From an uncultured Candidatus Saccharibacteria bacterium (lineage in GTDB: Bacteria > Patescibacteriota > Minisyncoccia > Phycocordibacterales > UBA918), in contig CAZSOS010000002.1 of assembly GCA_964608605.1 (NCBI GenBank), positions 105,569-169,568 on the forward strand: 64,000 nucleotides of DNA, read 5' to 3'. Numbering within the stretch: the first letter of the stretch is position 1; each line of letters starts with the position of its first letter. Position numbers and translations under genes: made by a program. Shown here piece by piece: positions 35,640 to 44,605 of this stretch. The notes beneath the pieces are model-generated. The model searched no databases. It was not told where the DNA came from and saw only the letters and a program-made list of their open reading frames with translations.

Positions 35640-37802
35640 ATGCCAATTAACACCCCTTACGCCCGCGCCGCCAAAAATTTATTGCCTTTGTTATTGATAA
35701 CCTCCCTCCTGTCGCCATCACTGCTTCCGGCTAGGATCCTAGCCGCGTCTAGTATCGACAACGGCTCCGAAAGTGCCGGAGCTAAAGGCAGCAGTCCGAG
35801 CGACAGCGGTAGCTATAGCGGCAGCGACTCAGGGACCACCGGGTTCGAGGGCTCACCTGAGGTAGGCCCCACAGCGGCGGCTCAGACATCAAACGACGCG
35901 GTGGCGACCGAAGTGGCTGCCACCGCCGGCCCCGGCATCAGCGTGACGCCGGTCGACGCCAGTTCTCCGCACGCTCCAGCGCCGGGAAGTAGCGTCAATG
36001 TCAACGGCGTACAAATGGGCGTGGAGGACGCGCGCGGGGCCTTGGACGCCATAAGCAAGTCCAATGGAGTAGCCGACGTCCAGGCGACCCTAGCCGCTTG
36101 GGCCGACCCTAAAGGCACCATCGAAGCGGGACAGGTCGTCGGACCGTATGGGCACGTCGGCCTCCCGGAGGCAGTGGCTCGAGAAACCGCCACGGTGCAG
36201 GCCGGAATAAACGCTATCTCCTTTGCCAACTCACTACCTACCGGAGTATTGGATCCAGGTCGGCTTGGTTACGACCCGAACAGCTGGAGCAACATCCAGT
36301 CACGACTGGAAGTGATCAACGTGGTCAGTGCTCCGGTGAGCAGGACTCAGACCGGACAGATCGAATACGCTAACGTAGTGGGAGTCGGCAAGGACGCTCA
36401 GGATAAAACTCAGACAAGTCCAGAGTATGAAACCAGGGTCCATACCAACGCGGACGTAGCCGCCAGAATGGCCGCGGCCGGTTTCAATCCTGACGGCTCT
36501 TTGCAAAGAGCGGTAACCATAGATTACGGGAATATAATGGGCGTCACCAAAGGAACCGTCAAAGATTATCAAGCCAATGGCACTCTCGACAGCAAGATCG
36601 CCATGGAGCAGAACATGATCGGCATGGCTCTCAACTCCAGCATAGATAAAGCCCAACTAGGACAAGTCGACCCTAACAGCATAGAGAATCACGGCAAGGT
36701 CGATAACCGAGACACCAATGGTGCTTTCGCTAAATCCCTAGACGACACGATCACCCCTGGTTTATGGGTGGACAGCAACCTCACCGGTAAGCAGGAACTG
36801 GCCATGAGTTATTACGCCAATATAGTCGGATATACTGCGAATCAAGCTGCCGGTATCATAGGTAATTTTAAAGCGGAGAGTAACCTGGACCATCTGGAAG
36901 AAGCGGCTGGCCGGGAGCGTTCCAGTGGCCTGGCTCAATGGAACGCTGCCGCGGCTGCCGGCGAACGCAGACAAGCACTGGAGGATTACGCTGGAGTGAA
37001 ATTTTCCGAGCAACTCGTTAACGGCAGACACACCTCAGGTCCGGGGGCTTTCACGCAACTAGCGTTCACCGTGGCTGAAATGGAAGGAAGATTGACGGGA
37101 CATAAAGACCCTCAGTCAGAAGCTGTGGGCCGCAGTTTCAACGCGAATCCGAATATGACGGCCGCTCAAGCTGCTGAAGAATTCCAAAATGGCTTTGAAC
37201 GGCCAGCTGACCGCTCTCACTCTATTGCCGCCAGACAGAACGGGGCAAGCGAAGCATTGACCGCGTACAACAACCTGGACCCAGGTCGGGAAAACTTCAC
37301 TACCGGTAGCGTATCCGGGCAGCCAGGACAAACCGGTGGTCAGGGCGGCAAGACCGGCAGTGACCAACCCTCGAGGCAAAGCGGGGGTTTTGGTCAGGTG
37401 GAATTCGGAGTCGGTGGATTTCGTGTTACCGTCGACACTGACAAGATCGCCGACCTATTTAGCAATATGTTCTCCGGGTCGGGAGGAGATGGAGGAGCAC
37501 CGGAATACACCGATCTGTCATTCACCGGTAGCGATGATACCGGAAATTCCCTGGAGCTGGAACGGGTCGATATCACCCCGGGCAGGCCCGGCATCTGCCC
37601 CGCCGGACCGGCCGAAGAAGGATTTTCATTCAACATAAAATTCCTCAACAAAGAACACACTGATCAGGTCTACAGCTGTAAGGGTCAGACCACGGCGGAC
37701 AACTTCAATATAGTCACGGCTTATCTCAAGAATTACGAAACCGATAACGTGCAAGATGTCGACGTACTGAGCAAGATGCGGGTCACTTCGGCCAAGTATT
37801 GA
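35640..37802 (+). CDS. Giant secreted protein (720 aa) with a lysozyme-like (phage-tail-lysozyme-type) peptidoglycan hydrolase domain
   Basis: The leader is MPINTPYARAAKNLLPLLLITSLLSPSLLPARILAASS. The internal domain has GIIGNFKAESNLD...GLAQWN..R...L, as in the phage tail lysozyme family. The C-terminus has a YSCKGQTT module. Confidence 0.65.
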   Translation: MPINTPYARAAKNLLPLLLITSLLSPSLLPARILAASSIDNGSESAGAKGSSPSDSGSYSGSDSGTTGFEGSPEVGPTAAAQTSNDAVATEVAATAGPGISVTPVDASSPHAPAPGSSVNVNGVQMGVEDARGALDAISKSNGVADVQATLAAWADPKGTIEAGQVVGPYGHVGLPEAVARETATVQAGINAISFANSLPTGVLDPGRLGYDPNSWSNIQSRLEVINVVSAPVSRTQTGQIEYANVVGVGKDAQDKTQTSPEYETRVHTNADVAARMAAAGFNPDGSLQRAVTIDYGNIMGVTKGTVKDYQANGTLDSKIAMEQNMIGMALNSSIDKAQLGQVDPNSIENHGKVDNRDTNGAFAKSLDDTITPGLWVDSNLTGKQELAMSYYANIVGYTANQAAGIIGNFKAESNLDHLEEAAGRERSSGLAQWNAAAAAGERRQALEDYAGVKFSEQLVNGRHTSGPGAFTQLAFTVAEMEGRLTGHKDPQSEAVGRSFNANPNMTAAQAAEEFQNGFERPADRSHSIAARQNGASEALTAYNNLDPGRENFTTGSVSGQPGQTGGQGGKTGSDQPSRQSGGFGQVEFGVGGFRVTVDTDKIADLFSNMFSGSGGDGGAPEYTDLSFTGSDDTGNSLELERVDITPGRPGICPAGPAEEGFSFNIKFLNKEHTDQVYSCKGQTTADNFNIVTAYLKNYETDNVQDVDVLSKMRVTSAKY

Positions 37803-37862
37803 CAATAATCTCTTATTATGTATAATAAAACCAGTTCTATGTTCCCTGAAAGGAGACATATC

Positions 37863-38444
37863 ATGTACGCGACGATAACCGCGGCCGCCACTTTCCTGGT
37901 CATGTTGCTGGTCACCTCGATCGCAATATCGCCGGCCCCGGCCCAGGAAACCGCAAGCATCTACACCAACATCCCGCCGATGTACGAGGTGAATTGGGGT
38001 AGCGACGAGCCGCTGTCCCCGGAAGCTGACCACGCTCTCCACACCTTTTACGTCTGCGAGTACTCTCCGCGCGGCCAAGCCGCCCTGAAGGAACTGCGCG
38101 ACGCCATCGGCAAGATGTCGTTCGATGACGATTCGAACCGCATCCAACGAGCGGATGATCTGTACGGTCTGGCCAAGCAGCATGAGCGTGAGGGAGTATG
38201 CCGATGGAGCGACCATCAGCAAGAATATTTCCTTTACGGTTATTACCACAGCACGGACGAGTACGACCTCTCCGAAGTACCGTGCACTTCGCTTCCGAAC
38301 GGCATCTGCGCCTACATCCAACCGATGAAGAACGCCCTTAAAGAGGACGAGATGGAGATGGTCTACTCCCTCTTCACCGACACGGATGACGACATCGTCC
38401 GCCAAGAGATCTTCGGCGGCGAACAGTGGGCACTGATCAACTAG
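37863..38444 (+). CDS. Small secreted Cys-containing protein immediately downstream of the 720-aa protein
   Basis: AAAGGAGA sits 8 nt upstream of the ATG at 37863. Signal peptide MYATITAAATFLVMLLVTSIAISPAPAQE. Followed by a hairpin terminator at 38467-38493. Confidence 0.55.
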   Translation: MYATITAAATFLVMLLVTSIAISPAPAQETASIYTNIPPMYEVNWGSDEPLSPEADHALHTFYVCEYSPRGQAALKELRDAIGKMSFDDDSNRIQRADDLYGLAKQHEREGVCRWSDHQQEYFLYGYYHSTDEYDLSEVPCTSLPNGICAYIQPMKNALKEDEMEMVYSLFTDTDDDIVRQEIFGGEQWALIN

Positions 38445-38589
38445 CCCGCCGCGGACCCTGGACCATAAAAGACCCCTACCTTAGGGGTCTTTTCTTATCT
38501 CCCGTTCATCGATAGCCATTCTTGTCTCTATCGCGTATGTGTATAAGGAGCGGGTATTTCCAGAGCCTCAGCATACAATATGTACATAT

Positions 38590-41500
38590 ATGTTAATCAC
38601 AACCATGGCACCCCGCTTTTTATCCGTATTATTAATAATCTCCCTCCTCTCTCCCTCACTCCTACCGTCAGTGGTGTTCGCCCAAAGTAGCGGCGATAAG
38701 CAAGAAGCTGGCGATGAGGGTGAAGACTCCGCCGCGGCAGCAGAAGCGGCGGCGGAAGCTGCCGCCCAAACGGTGAATGAAATGGCCAGTCTGGCGGCCG
38801 GACTGGAAGGGCGTTCCTTTACTGCTTCGTCAGTAGGAGGAGCCAATTTCGATGCCAACAATCCTTCCGTCAACATAACCGCCGACACTGGTGAGACCTT
38901 CACCATGACCACCGATCAGGCAGTAGCGGCGGCGGGAGCGATCGGCGACGCGCAAGCCGCTGGTATCAGTACCTCCAACAACTCCAATTCCCCGGGAGTG
39001 GACGTGGCCGCCACTCTGGAGGCACATTCCCAGGGCGAGACGGGCGTGGTCGTGGGATCCATGTCCGGTGAAATAGGGACCCCCGCCGCGGTGGCTCAGG
39101 CGGAGATAGCGGCGGCCAGCCGGCAAAGCTCGGTCAGCGCCCTAAGCGACGCGGCTTTTGATTCAAGGTTCGCGGGTGCGGCTGCTATTCAAGGGAGTGA
39201 TCTCAACCAGGCATTGGCCGCAGCCTATGGGCAGCTAGCCAATAGCGCCAAGCAAGCTGGTATCTTAACCCTGGGCGGCACTACCCAAGTAGGACCGACC
39301 GGCAACGTAAATGCTCAGTACACCATGAACCAGGCCCTGGTTGCCTCATACCAACAATACGCGAACGTACTAGGTCAGTCTGGTAACCTCGGTCTTTCAG
39401 GCACCACCAACACTTCCTACTCTTACGATAGGTCGACCGGGTCATGGGTCGGCGACCAAAACGGACGAACGTATACGACTCAAGAAGTGGTCGGCGGCAA
39501 CAAAGACTTCAGAGACGCGGCCGCGGAATTCGAAAGGACCAACAACAGGTCATACGTCGATTTCTTCGAAGAAGCTCTGGAAAAGGACTCTGGACGTTTC
39601 CAAGTCTCTTTAGACTTTAGGACGAATCAAATAATCGCGACAGATATTGTTACGGGCCAGATAACCGGCACTAATCTGACGACCGGCACGACCGAGAATC
39701 TGGGCGGAATTTTCCAATCATACGACTCCACTACCGGGACAAATCTGGGATACACTCCACCAGCTGGTACTTCCCTGGCTTTCACCGCTACTGGTCTTGG
39801 CAATTATCAAGTGATCAACGCCAAAGCCGAGCCTCCCAAAGAATCCTTTGTGGGTGCCTATGACACTAAACTTTCCAACTCTGCGGCTAGATCTATGCTA
39901 GATGGTAACGTTACGGTAAAAGACGGAGTAAGCTTCGAGGGAGCACGCGCCAGCACCGTAGCCACAGCTAACCAACTAGCTAAAGATTGTAACTGTGTAG
40001 TACCCATAACTTCCGTGACCGATGGAAAGCATGCCGGCGGTAAAAACTCTCATGGAAATGGTGCCAAATTCGATGTCAGTGACTGGCGATCTCTTGAGTT
40101 CACCTCGTACGTAACCGGCGGAAAAAATGGTTGGACTCAAACCGGCACGCGTGGTGGTGGCCACGGAGGACCGATATACACCAACCCTGATTTCCCTGAG
40201 GTTAATATAGTATACGAGAAAAGTTACCATCACTTTGATATACAAGTCGTCGGAGACGTCGGTAAGGCTGGTCTTGAGATCACTTATGCAACTGGTTCAA
40301 TATTCGAAGGATCACTTCACGCGGACCTGCCCCCAGGGGAGTCATTGAGCACTAACTTTTCAAACATACCCGGAGGAGATGAAACTTCACCCGGATCTCA
40401 AGGCGGATCAAACCCTACCCAACCTGGCAACGTATCACCCGACAGTGGTAAAAGCCTGCCCGATATCATGGCTGATGGAATGGACAGGGTCGGTATCGAT
40501 CCCAACAGCGGGATCGGAAGAGGCGTGCTGGGTTTGGCCGCGGCGGCCGACAATCTGCTCGGCCGGTTCGGTATAGATTTTAATGACCTGATGAGCGGCG
40601 GCGGAGCGGGTCCAGGAAATGAAACGGATGCCCAGGGTGCTGACGCTATGACCTGCCCCTACCCCCTTTCCTGCGACGATAACGACCTGGGAGCGTCGGT
40701 CATCACCGCCATCGCTCCAAACTTAGATGTCGTAAGTTGGGTACTTCGAATTTGGAACCTGGTATCAAACAGCGAAGACAAGGAAGTATCGGTGCCAGCA
40801 GGATATGCCCCCACGCCTGATGCCGTACTGGTAGAGATCGTGACCCATCTGTCTGACAACGCCATTGAAGTACATCGTCCCGACATCGAAGCCACCTTGG
40901 CCAATCCTCGTCTTTACTACACCGAAAAACAATACGAGCAACTCGTCGCTTTACTGAGCGAAGAACCGATACTTACCGACCAAGAAGGTTCCATCATCTA
41001 CTCGAACGGCCTCTATTCCCCGCCGGTCGTTGACGGCCGATACGTGGAGGGTTCTCCTAAGTACGTTTACGTGCTCAAGCAGATCGATGAGAGTGGTAAC
41101 GAATTGCCTGCCACCGATGACAGCGAACCCGGAGGGTTGCTAAACCGGGTGTTGAAGCAGGTATTTGGTGACACTTCCCCGTTTAAAACGGACTCGATCG
41201 AGACCGTATCCTACCGCTTGATCGATCCGGACATGGATACTCCAGCAGATGAATACTATGACTACCTCTTTACCTTGAAGGATGGCAGCGAAAGAGCGGT
41301 GGCGGTGCCGCAATTCTCCTCAGTGGCTCATATGGCGAATAAATTCCGCGACATCGGCTACCAAGGAACGCCTCTGGATATATTGATCATGGCCACGGAG
41401 ACAAACTTGCCTCCAGAAAGAGGTTTGATCGGCAAGATATCGGACTGGATCGGCTCTTTGGTCGGACGCTTCATGCCGAGTTTGACCGAAAACCAAACAA

Positions 41501-42264
41501 CGACCACTTTGCCAGAAACAAAGCGAGGATATTCCGCTGACAACATAGCCAGTGTTTTCATCTACCCTAATGCCGCCGTAGACTGTCCAAACATCGAAGG
41601 ATACCAAAATGGTTACATGTACACTGCCACCATTAACGACCCCGATCGTCCCGGATATATGACCCTGGTCACGGAAGGAAGGTGCGGAAGCGGCGGCGAA
41701 GAGGACTTCTTGGCGGACGCGCTGCAACAGCTGGAGAGCCGCTGGGGATTGGCCGGAACCATAGCCGACTCGACCATGAATAAGGTCAGATTCCGATTTG
41801 AAGAAACTCCATATAAACCAGGTTTGGCCATCGCGTATGTAGGCACCGATGTTCCTTCTGGATCCACGGACCCCGAACCAGCGACTCCAGACCCTGAACC
41901 TGCGGCCACGTCCACCACCCAACTCCCCAACCTCACCAACACCATCACCTTTGAAGTGAAGGCGGTGGGAAGCGAAGGAAAAGTGCTGGCCGACTGGACT
42001 CAAGCGGAGCGGATAACCGTGGCTCCAGGAGTACAGCTATACTTCCGCTGGAATGGGACCGATTACCAGCAGTGTCTTCCCTTCCTCAACGACAACGGCA
42101 ACTACGCGTTGACGGTGCGGAACCGAGCCATGACCACGGGCAACACCGAGAGCGAGGGATACAATATCAACGAAAGGAGTGGCGTGTACCGCCTTGAATG
42201 TGGCGGACAGAGAAACAATGAATTCGGGGTGGATGCTAGGGAGATCGAAGTAGAGGTGAGATAG
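38590..42264 (+). CDS. Giant secreted protein (about 1220 aa) with a putative M15/LAS-type metallopeptidase (VanY/endolysin-like) domain
   Basis: Leader MLITTMAPRFLSVLLIISLLSPSLLPSVVFAQSS is paralogous to that of the 720-aa protein. There is an Ala/Gly/Thr-rich N-terminal third. KHAGGKNSHGNGAKFDVS and YEKSYHHFDIQ resemble the H-x-D / WHF zinc motifs of M15 peptidases. The C-terminal module is YRLECGGQ. The start is ambiguous: 38539 GTG, 38590 or 38605 ATG. Confidence 0.6.
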   Translation: MLITTMAPRFLSVLLIISLLSPSLLPSVVFAQSSGDKQEAGDEGEDSAAAAEAAAEAAAQTVNEMASLAAGLEGRSFTASSVGGANFDANNPSVNITADTGETFTMTTDQAVAAAGAIGDAQAAGISTSNNSNSPGVDVAATLEAHSQGETGVVVGSMSGEIGTPAAVAQAEIAAASRQSSVSALSDAAFDSRFAGAAAIQGSDLNQALAAAYGQLANSAKQAGILTLGGTTQVGPTGNVNAQYTMNQALVASYQQYANVLGQSGNLGLSGTTNTSYSYDRSTGSWVGDQNGRTYTTQEVVGGNKDFRDAAAEFERTNNRSYVDFFEEALEKDSGRFQVSLDFRTNQIIATDIVTGQITGTNLTTGTTENLGGIFQSYDSTTGTNLGYTPPAGTSLAFTATGLGNYQVINAKAEPPKESFVGAYDTKLSNSAARSMLDGNVTVKDGVSFEGARASTVATANQLAKDCNCVVPITSVTDGKHAGGKNSHGNGAKFDVSDWRSLEFTSYVTGGKNGWTQTGTRGGGHGGPIYTNPDFPEVNIVYEKSYHHFDIQVVGDVGKAGLEITYATGSIFEGSLHADLPPGESLSTNFSNIPGGDETSPGSQGGSNPTQPGNVSPDSGKSLPDIMADGMDRVGIDPNSGIGRGVLGLAAAADNLLGRFGIDFNDLMSGGGAGPGNETDAQGADAMTCPYPLSCDDNDLGASVITAIAPNLDVVSWVLRIWNLVSNSEDKEVSVPAGYAPTPDAVLVEIVTHLSDNAIEVHRPDIEATLANPRLYYTEKQYEQLVALLSEEPILTDQEGSIIYSNGLYSPPVVDGRYVEGSPKYVYVLKQIDESGNELPATDDSEPGGLLNRVLKQVFGDTSPFKTDSIETVSYRLIDPDMDTPADEYYDYLFTLKDGSERAVAVPQFSSVAHMANKFRDIGYQGTPLDILIMATETNLPPERGLIGKISDWIGSLVGRFMPSLTENQTTTTLPETKRGYSADNIASVFIYPNAAVDCPNIEGYQNGYMYTATINDPDRPGYMTLVTEGRCGSGGEEDFLADALQQLESRWGLAGTIADSTMNKVRFRFEETPYKPGLAIAYVGTDVPSGSTDPEPATPDPEPAATSTTQLPNLTNTITFEVKAVGSEGKVLADWTQAERITVAPGVQLYFRWNGTDYQQCLPFLNDNGNYALTVRNRAMTTGNTESEGYNINERSGVYRLECGGQRNNEFGVDAREIEVEVR

Positions 42265-42275
42265 TTATAATCAAG

Positions 42276-42303
42276 AAACCCCGCCATGGAAATGGCGGGG
42301 TTT
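42276..42303. terminator. Bidirectional hairpin terminator between convergent genes
   Basis: AAACCCCGCCAT-GGAA-ATGGCGGGGTTT. Confidence 0.6.
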
Positions 42304-42318
42304 ATGCGTGCTGCTTCG

Positions 42319-42978
42319 TCAAAATTTTTTAAGCCGTGGAGGCAGAGCCGAGAGGATATTTTCCGGCATGTTGGATCCGGTGCCGGTCGGAGACAGCGGT
42401 CCGAGCGGCGTTTTCGATATCAGCCTGGAAAGAGCGCCGTTATCTGCGACCTTCTGTCCCGGCCACGGCTTCTCGGCCAAGAGCCGAAAATATCCATTAT
42501 CCAGAACCAGGAAGAACGTGGCGTTATCGTAATAACAGTCATATTCCTCCAGGGCCGGTACCTCGGCATTCATGATGAGCAGAGCGGAATCAGCTCTATA
42601 TGAATAACCCGTAACCGAATCCGGAAAAGTTCCCAGGAACTCACCGGTCTTGACATCGAAAAGCAGGTCCCACCTTACGTCGCACTGAAACGACAGTACG
42701 ACATAGTGGCCGCCAAAGCGGTAAGGGTACCTGGTTTCCCGGGCGGTTTCCCGGTAGGTCCGAAAGGCCGCGTTGCGGTTAGCCTCGAGTAGATCGCTGG
42801 CCTGGCCGCATTCTTCCGGCAGGATCTCGTCATCCCACTTTAGCGAAGCGATCGGCCCTTGATAGACCTCCTCCGGAAACTGGTTGAATTTAGGCCAGCT
42901 TTCGGTAGCCGAGACAGCATTGACGAAGAGCATCGCCGCGAAGGTGAACGCGGCCAGAACAATGCGGAGGAACTTCAT
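42319..42978 (-). CDS. Secreted hypothetical protein
   Basis: Signal peptide MKFLRIVLAAFTFAAMLFVNAVSATE. Convergent with the giant protein gene. Confidence 0.55.
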   Translation of the reverse strand: MKFLRIVLAAFTFAAMLFVNAVSATESWPKFNQFPEEVYQGPIASLKWDDEILPEECGQASDLLEANRNAAFRTYRETARETRYPYRFGGHYVVLSFQCDVRWDLLFDVKTGEFLGTFPDSVTGYSYRADSALLIMNAEVPALEEYDCYYDNATFFLVLDNGYFRLLAEKPWPGQKVADNGALSRLISKTPLGPLSPTGTGSNMPENILSALPPRLKKF

Positions 42979-43113
42979 GACTTTCTCCTTCTCCTACCGC
43001 GTTTCTATTCTCTATTGGGCTTTTGCCCACTTCCTGTCTATTAGTATATCACAAAATGAGAGAAAAAGCAACCTTGTCGCGAGTCTGTTGAAAAGTCCGT
43101 GTCATGGCCTGGT

Positions 43114-43608
43114 TCAGCCGTTTTTGAAGAGGACGATACCGGCCGTGACCGAGACATTCAAAGATTCCTTCTGCCCATTCATGGGGATCTCGACGATCGG
43201 GTCGGCGGCATTAAGCCACCCTTCCCCCACCCCTTCGACCTCGTTACCAAACACGTAGGCCACCTTTGGTGGCGGGACGAAATCATGAAGAGAGATCGAC
43301 TTATTGGATTGTTCGATGGCGACGATGGCGAAGCCTTCGTCGCTGAGACGATCGATCAAAACTGGCGCGGCCCGGTCATCGACATGTTCCCACTCCACGA
43401 ATTCCGTCGCGCCAAGGGAGGTCTTCTTTATCTCCGGCACCTCGCGGCCAAAACGATCGAAGGGCGCCGGAGTGGTGCCGATCAGGTAGATCTTCTCCAC
43501 CCCGGCGCCGTCGGCGGTGCGGAATATCGAGCCCACGTTATGAGCGCTGCGGATATTGTCGAGGATGACTATTTTCTGTCGCATAAAATCCGAGTAGAGA
43601 TCGAGCAT
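43114..43608 (-). CDS. SpoU/TrmH-family RNA 2'-O-methyltransferase (TrmL-like)
   Basis: IVILDNIRSAHNVGSIFRTADGAGV...YVFGNEVEGV...IPMNGQKESLNVSVTAGIVL are SPOUT motifs. Confidence 0.85.
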   Translation of the reverse strand: MLDLYSDFMRQKIVILDNIRSAHNVGSIFRTADGAGVEKIYLIGTTPAPFDRFGREVPEIKKTSLGATEFVEWEHVDDRAAPVLIDRLSDEGFAIVAIEQSNKSISLHDFVPPPKVAYVFGNEVEGVGEGWLNAADPIVEIPMNGQKESLNVSVTAGIVLFKNG

Positions 43609-43793
43609 TGCGTGTTCGGTACACTTTTAGATGTCGTCACGAGTTGCTAGATATAATTGTTCGCTACGCTCCAATTCTATTAAGCACTCTTGACCACGGC
43701 TCGCGGCATCTTTCTCCAGGAGAGAGAAAGATGCAACGCTCCGCCTCGAACGCGTATCGAAAAACGACGCGCCGGCGTCGTTTTTCTATCGCG

Positions 43794-43866
43794 TCCGCCC
43801 ACCAGGGATCGAACCTGGGACCATCTCCTTAAAAGGGAGCTGCTCTACCGTCTGAGCTATGGGCGG
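43794..43866 (-). tRNA. tRNA-Lys (anticodon TTT)
   Basis: Acceptor CCGCCCA/TGGGCGG. D-arm GCTCAGACGGTAGAGC. Anticodon loop CTTTTAA. T-arm CCAGG/TTCGATC/CCTGG. One G:A mismatch at 27:43. A terminator hairpin lies at 43760-43790. Confidence 0.75.
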
Positions 43867-43905
43867 AGTCGGCCACACTATAACCCTGCGTGGTCATTTT
43901 TTCAA

Positions 43906-44604
43906 TCAGATCCGGAGCGCCCAGCGCTCGAGAGACACCAAGAGATCCTGCCGACCCAGGCGGCTTTCATGTATCAGTGACAACAATGATCTAGACAATA
44001 CCTCCAGCTCTCCGGGCTTGAATTTCACCAATGCTCCCTTGGCTTTTCTGTAAGGAAAATCCTTGAGTCCGACCGCGGCGGCTGGCTGGCCGGTGGCGGC
44101 CAGCCGCAGAGTCTTAAGCTGCCACCACCAGATGCCGGCGATCTCCTCCGGACTCATGCCGGAAAGGAGCGCTTCGTTCCACAAGAGCCAGAGAAGTTTC
44201 TTGTCCCTTCTTGAGGGCGCGTCGGGCATGGAGAAACCGTTGAGACGCTGCGCCGCCGCGGCCTTATGTTCCTCGCTATGGTCGGTATGCTTGGTGAGTC
44301 TCTTCTTGGCATCGGCCAGCAGTGTGCCTTCGATGACCACGAATACCTGATCCGAGTCCCGCAGCGCCGCCGCCTCGTCGATGACCGCTTCCAAAAACTT
44401 CTGGTCGGAGGATGGCGTGTCGAGAATGTACGCGGTCCGGCCGCCGAAGAGCGGGACGCTGCCGGAAAGAGACGTCAGCAAACCATCCTCGTATCCCGAA
44501 CCTTCGATCATGGTCGGCAAACCGCCCCCCACTGACCGCTCCGCGAAATCAAGCGCGGCGCGGCGCACTTTCACCGTGTCGTTGCCGTAAAAGACCGCTA
44601 ACAT
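43906..44604 (-). CDS. holA: DNA polymerase III delta subunit-like
   Basis: The MLAVFYGNDTVKV...start resembles the HolA N-terminus. It lies immediately downstream of polA. The call is weak and rests mostly on position. Confidence 0.5.
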   Translation of the reverse strand: MLAVFYGNDTVKVRRAALDFAERSVGGGLPTMIEGSGYEDGLLTSLSGSVPLFGGRTAYILDTPSSDQKFLEAVIDEAAALRDSDQVFVVIEGTLLADAKKRLTKHTDHSEEHKAAAAQRLNGFSMPDAPSRRDKKLLWLLWNEALLSGMSPEEIAGIWWWQLKTLRLAATGQPAAAVGLKDFPYRKAKGALVKFKPGELEVLSRSLLSLIHESRLGRQDLLVSLERWALRI

Positions 44605-44605
44605 A

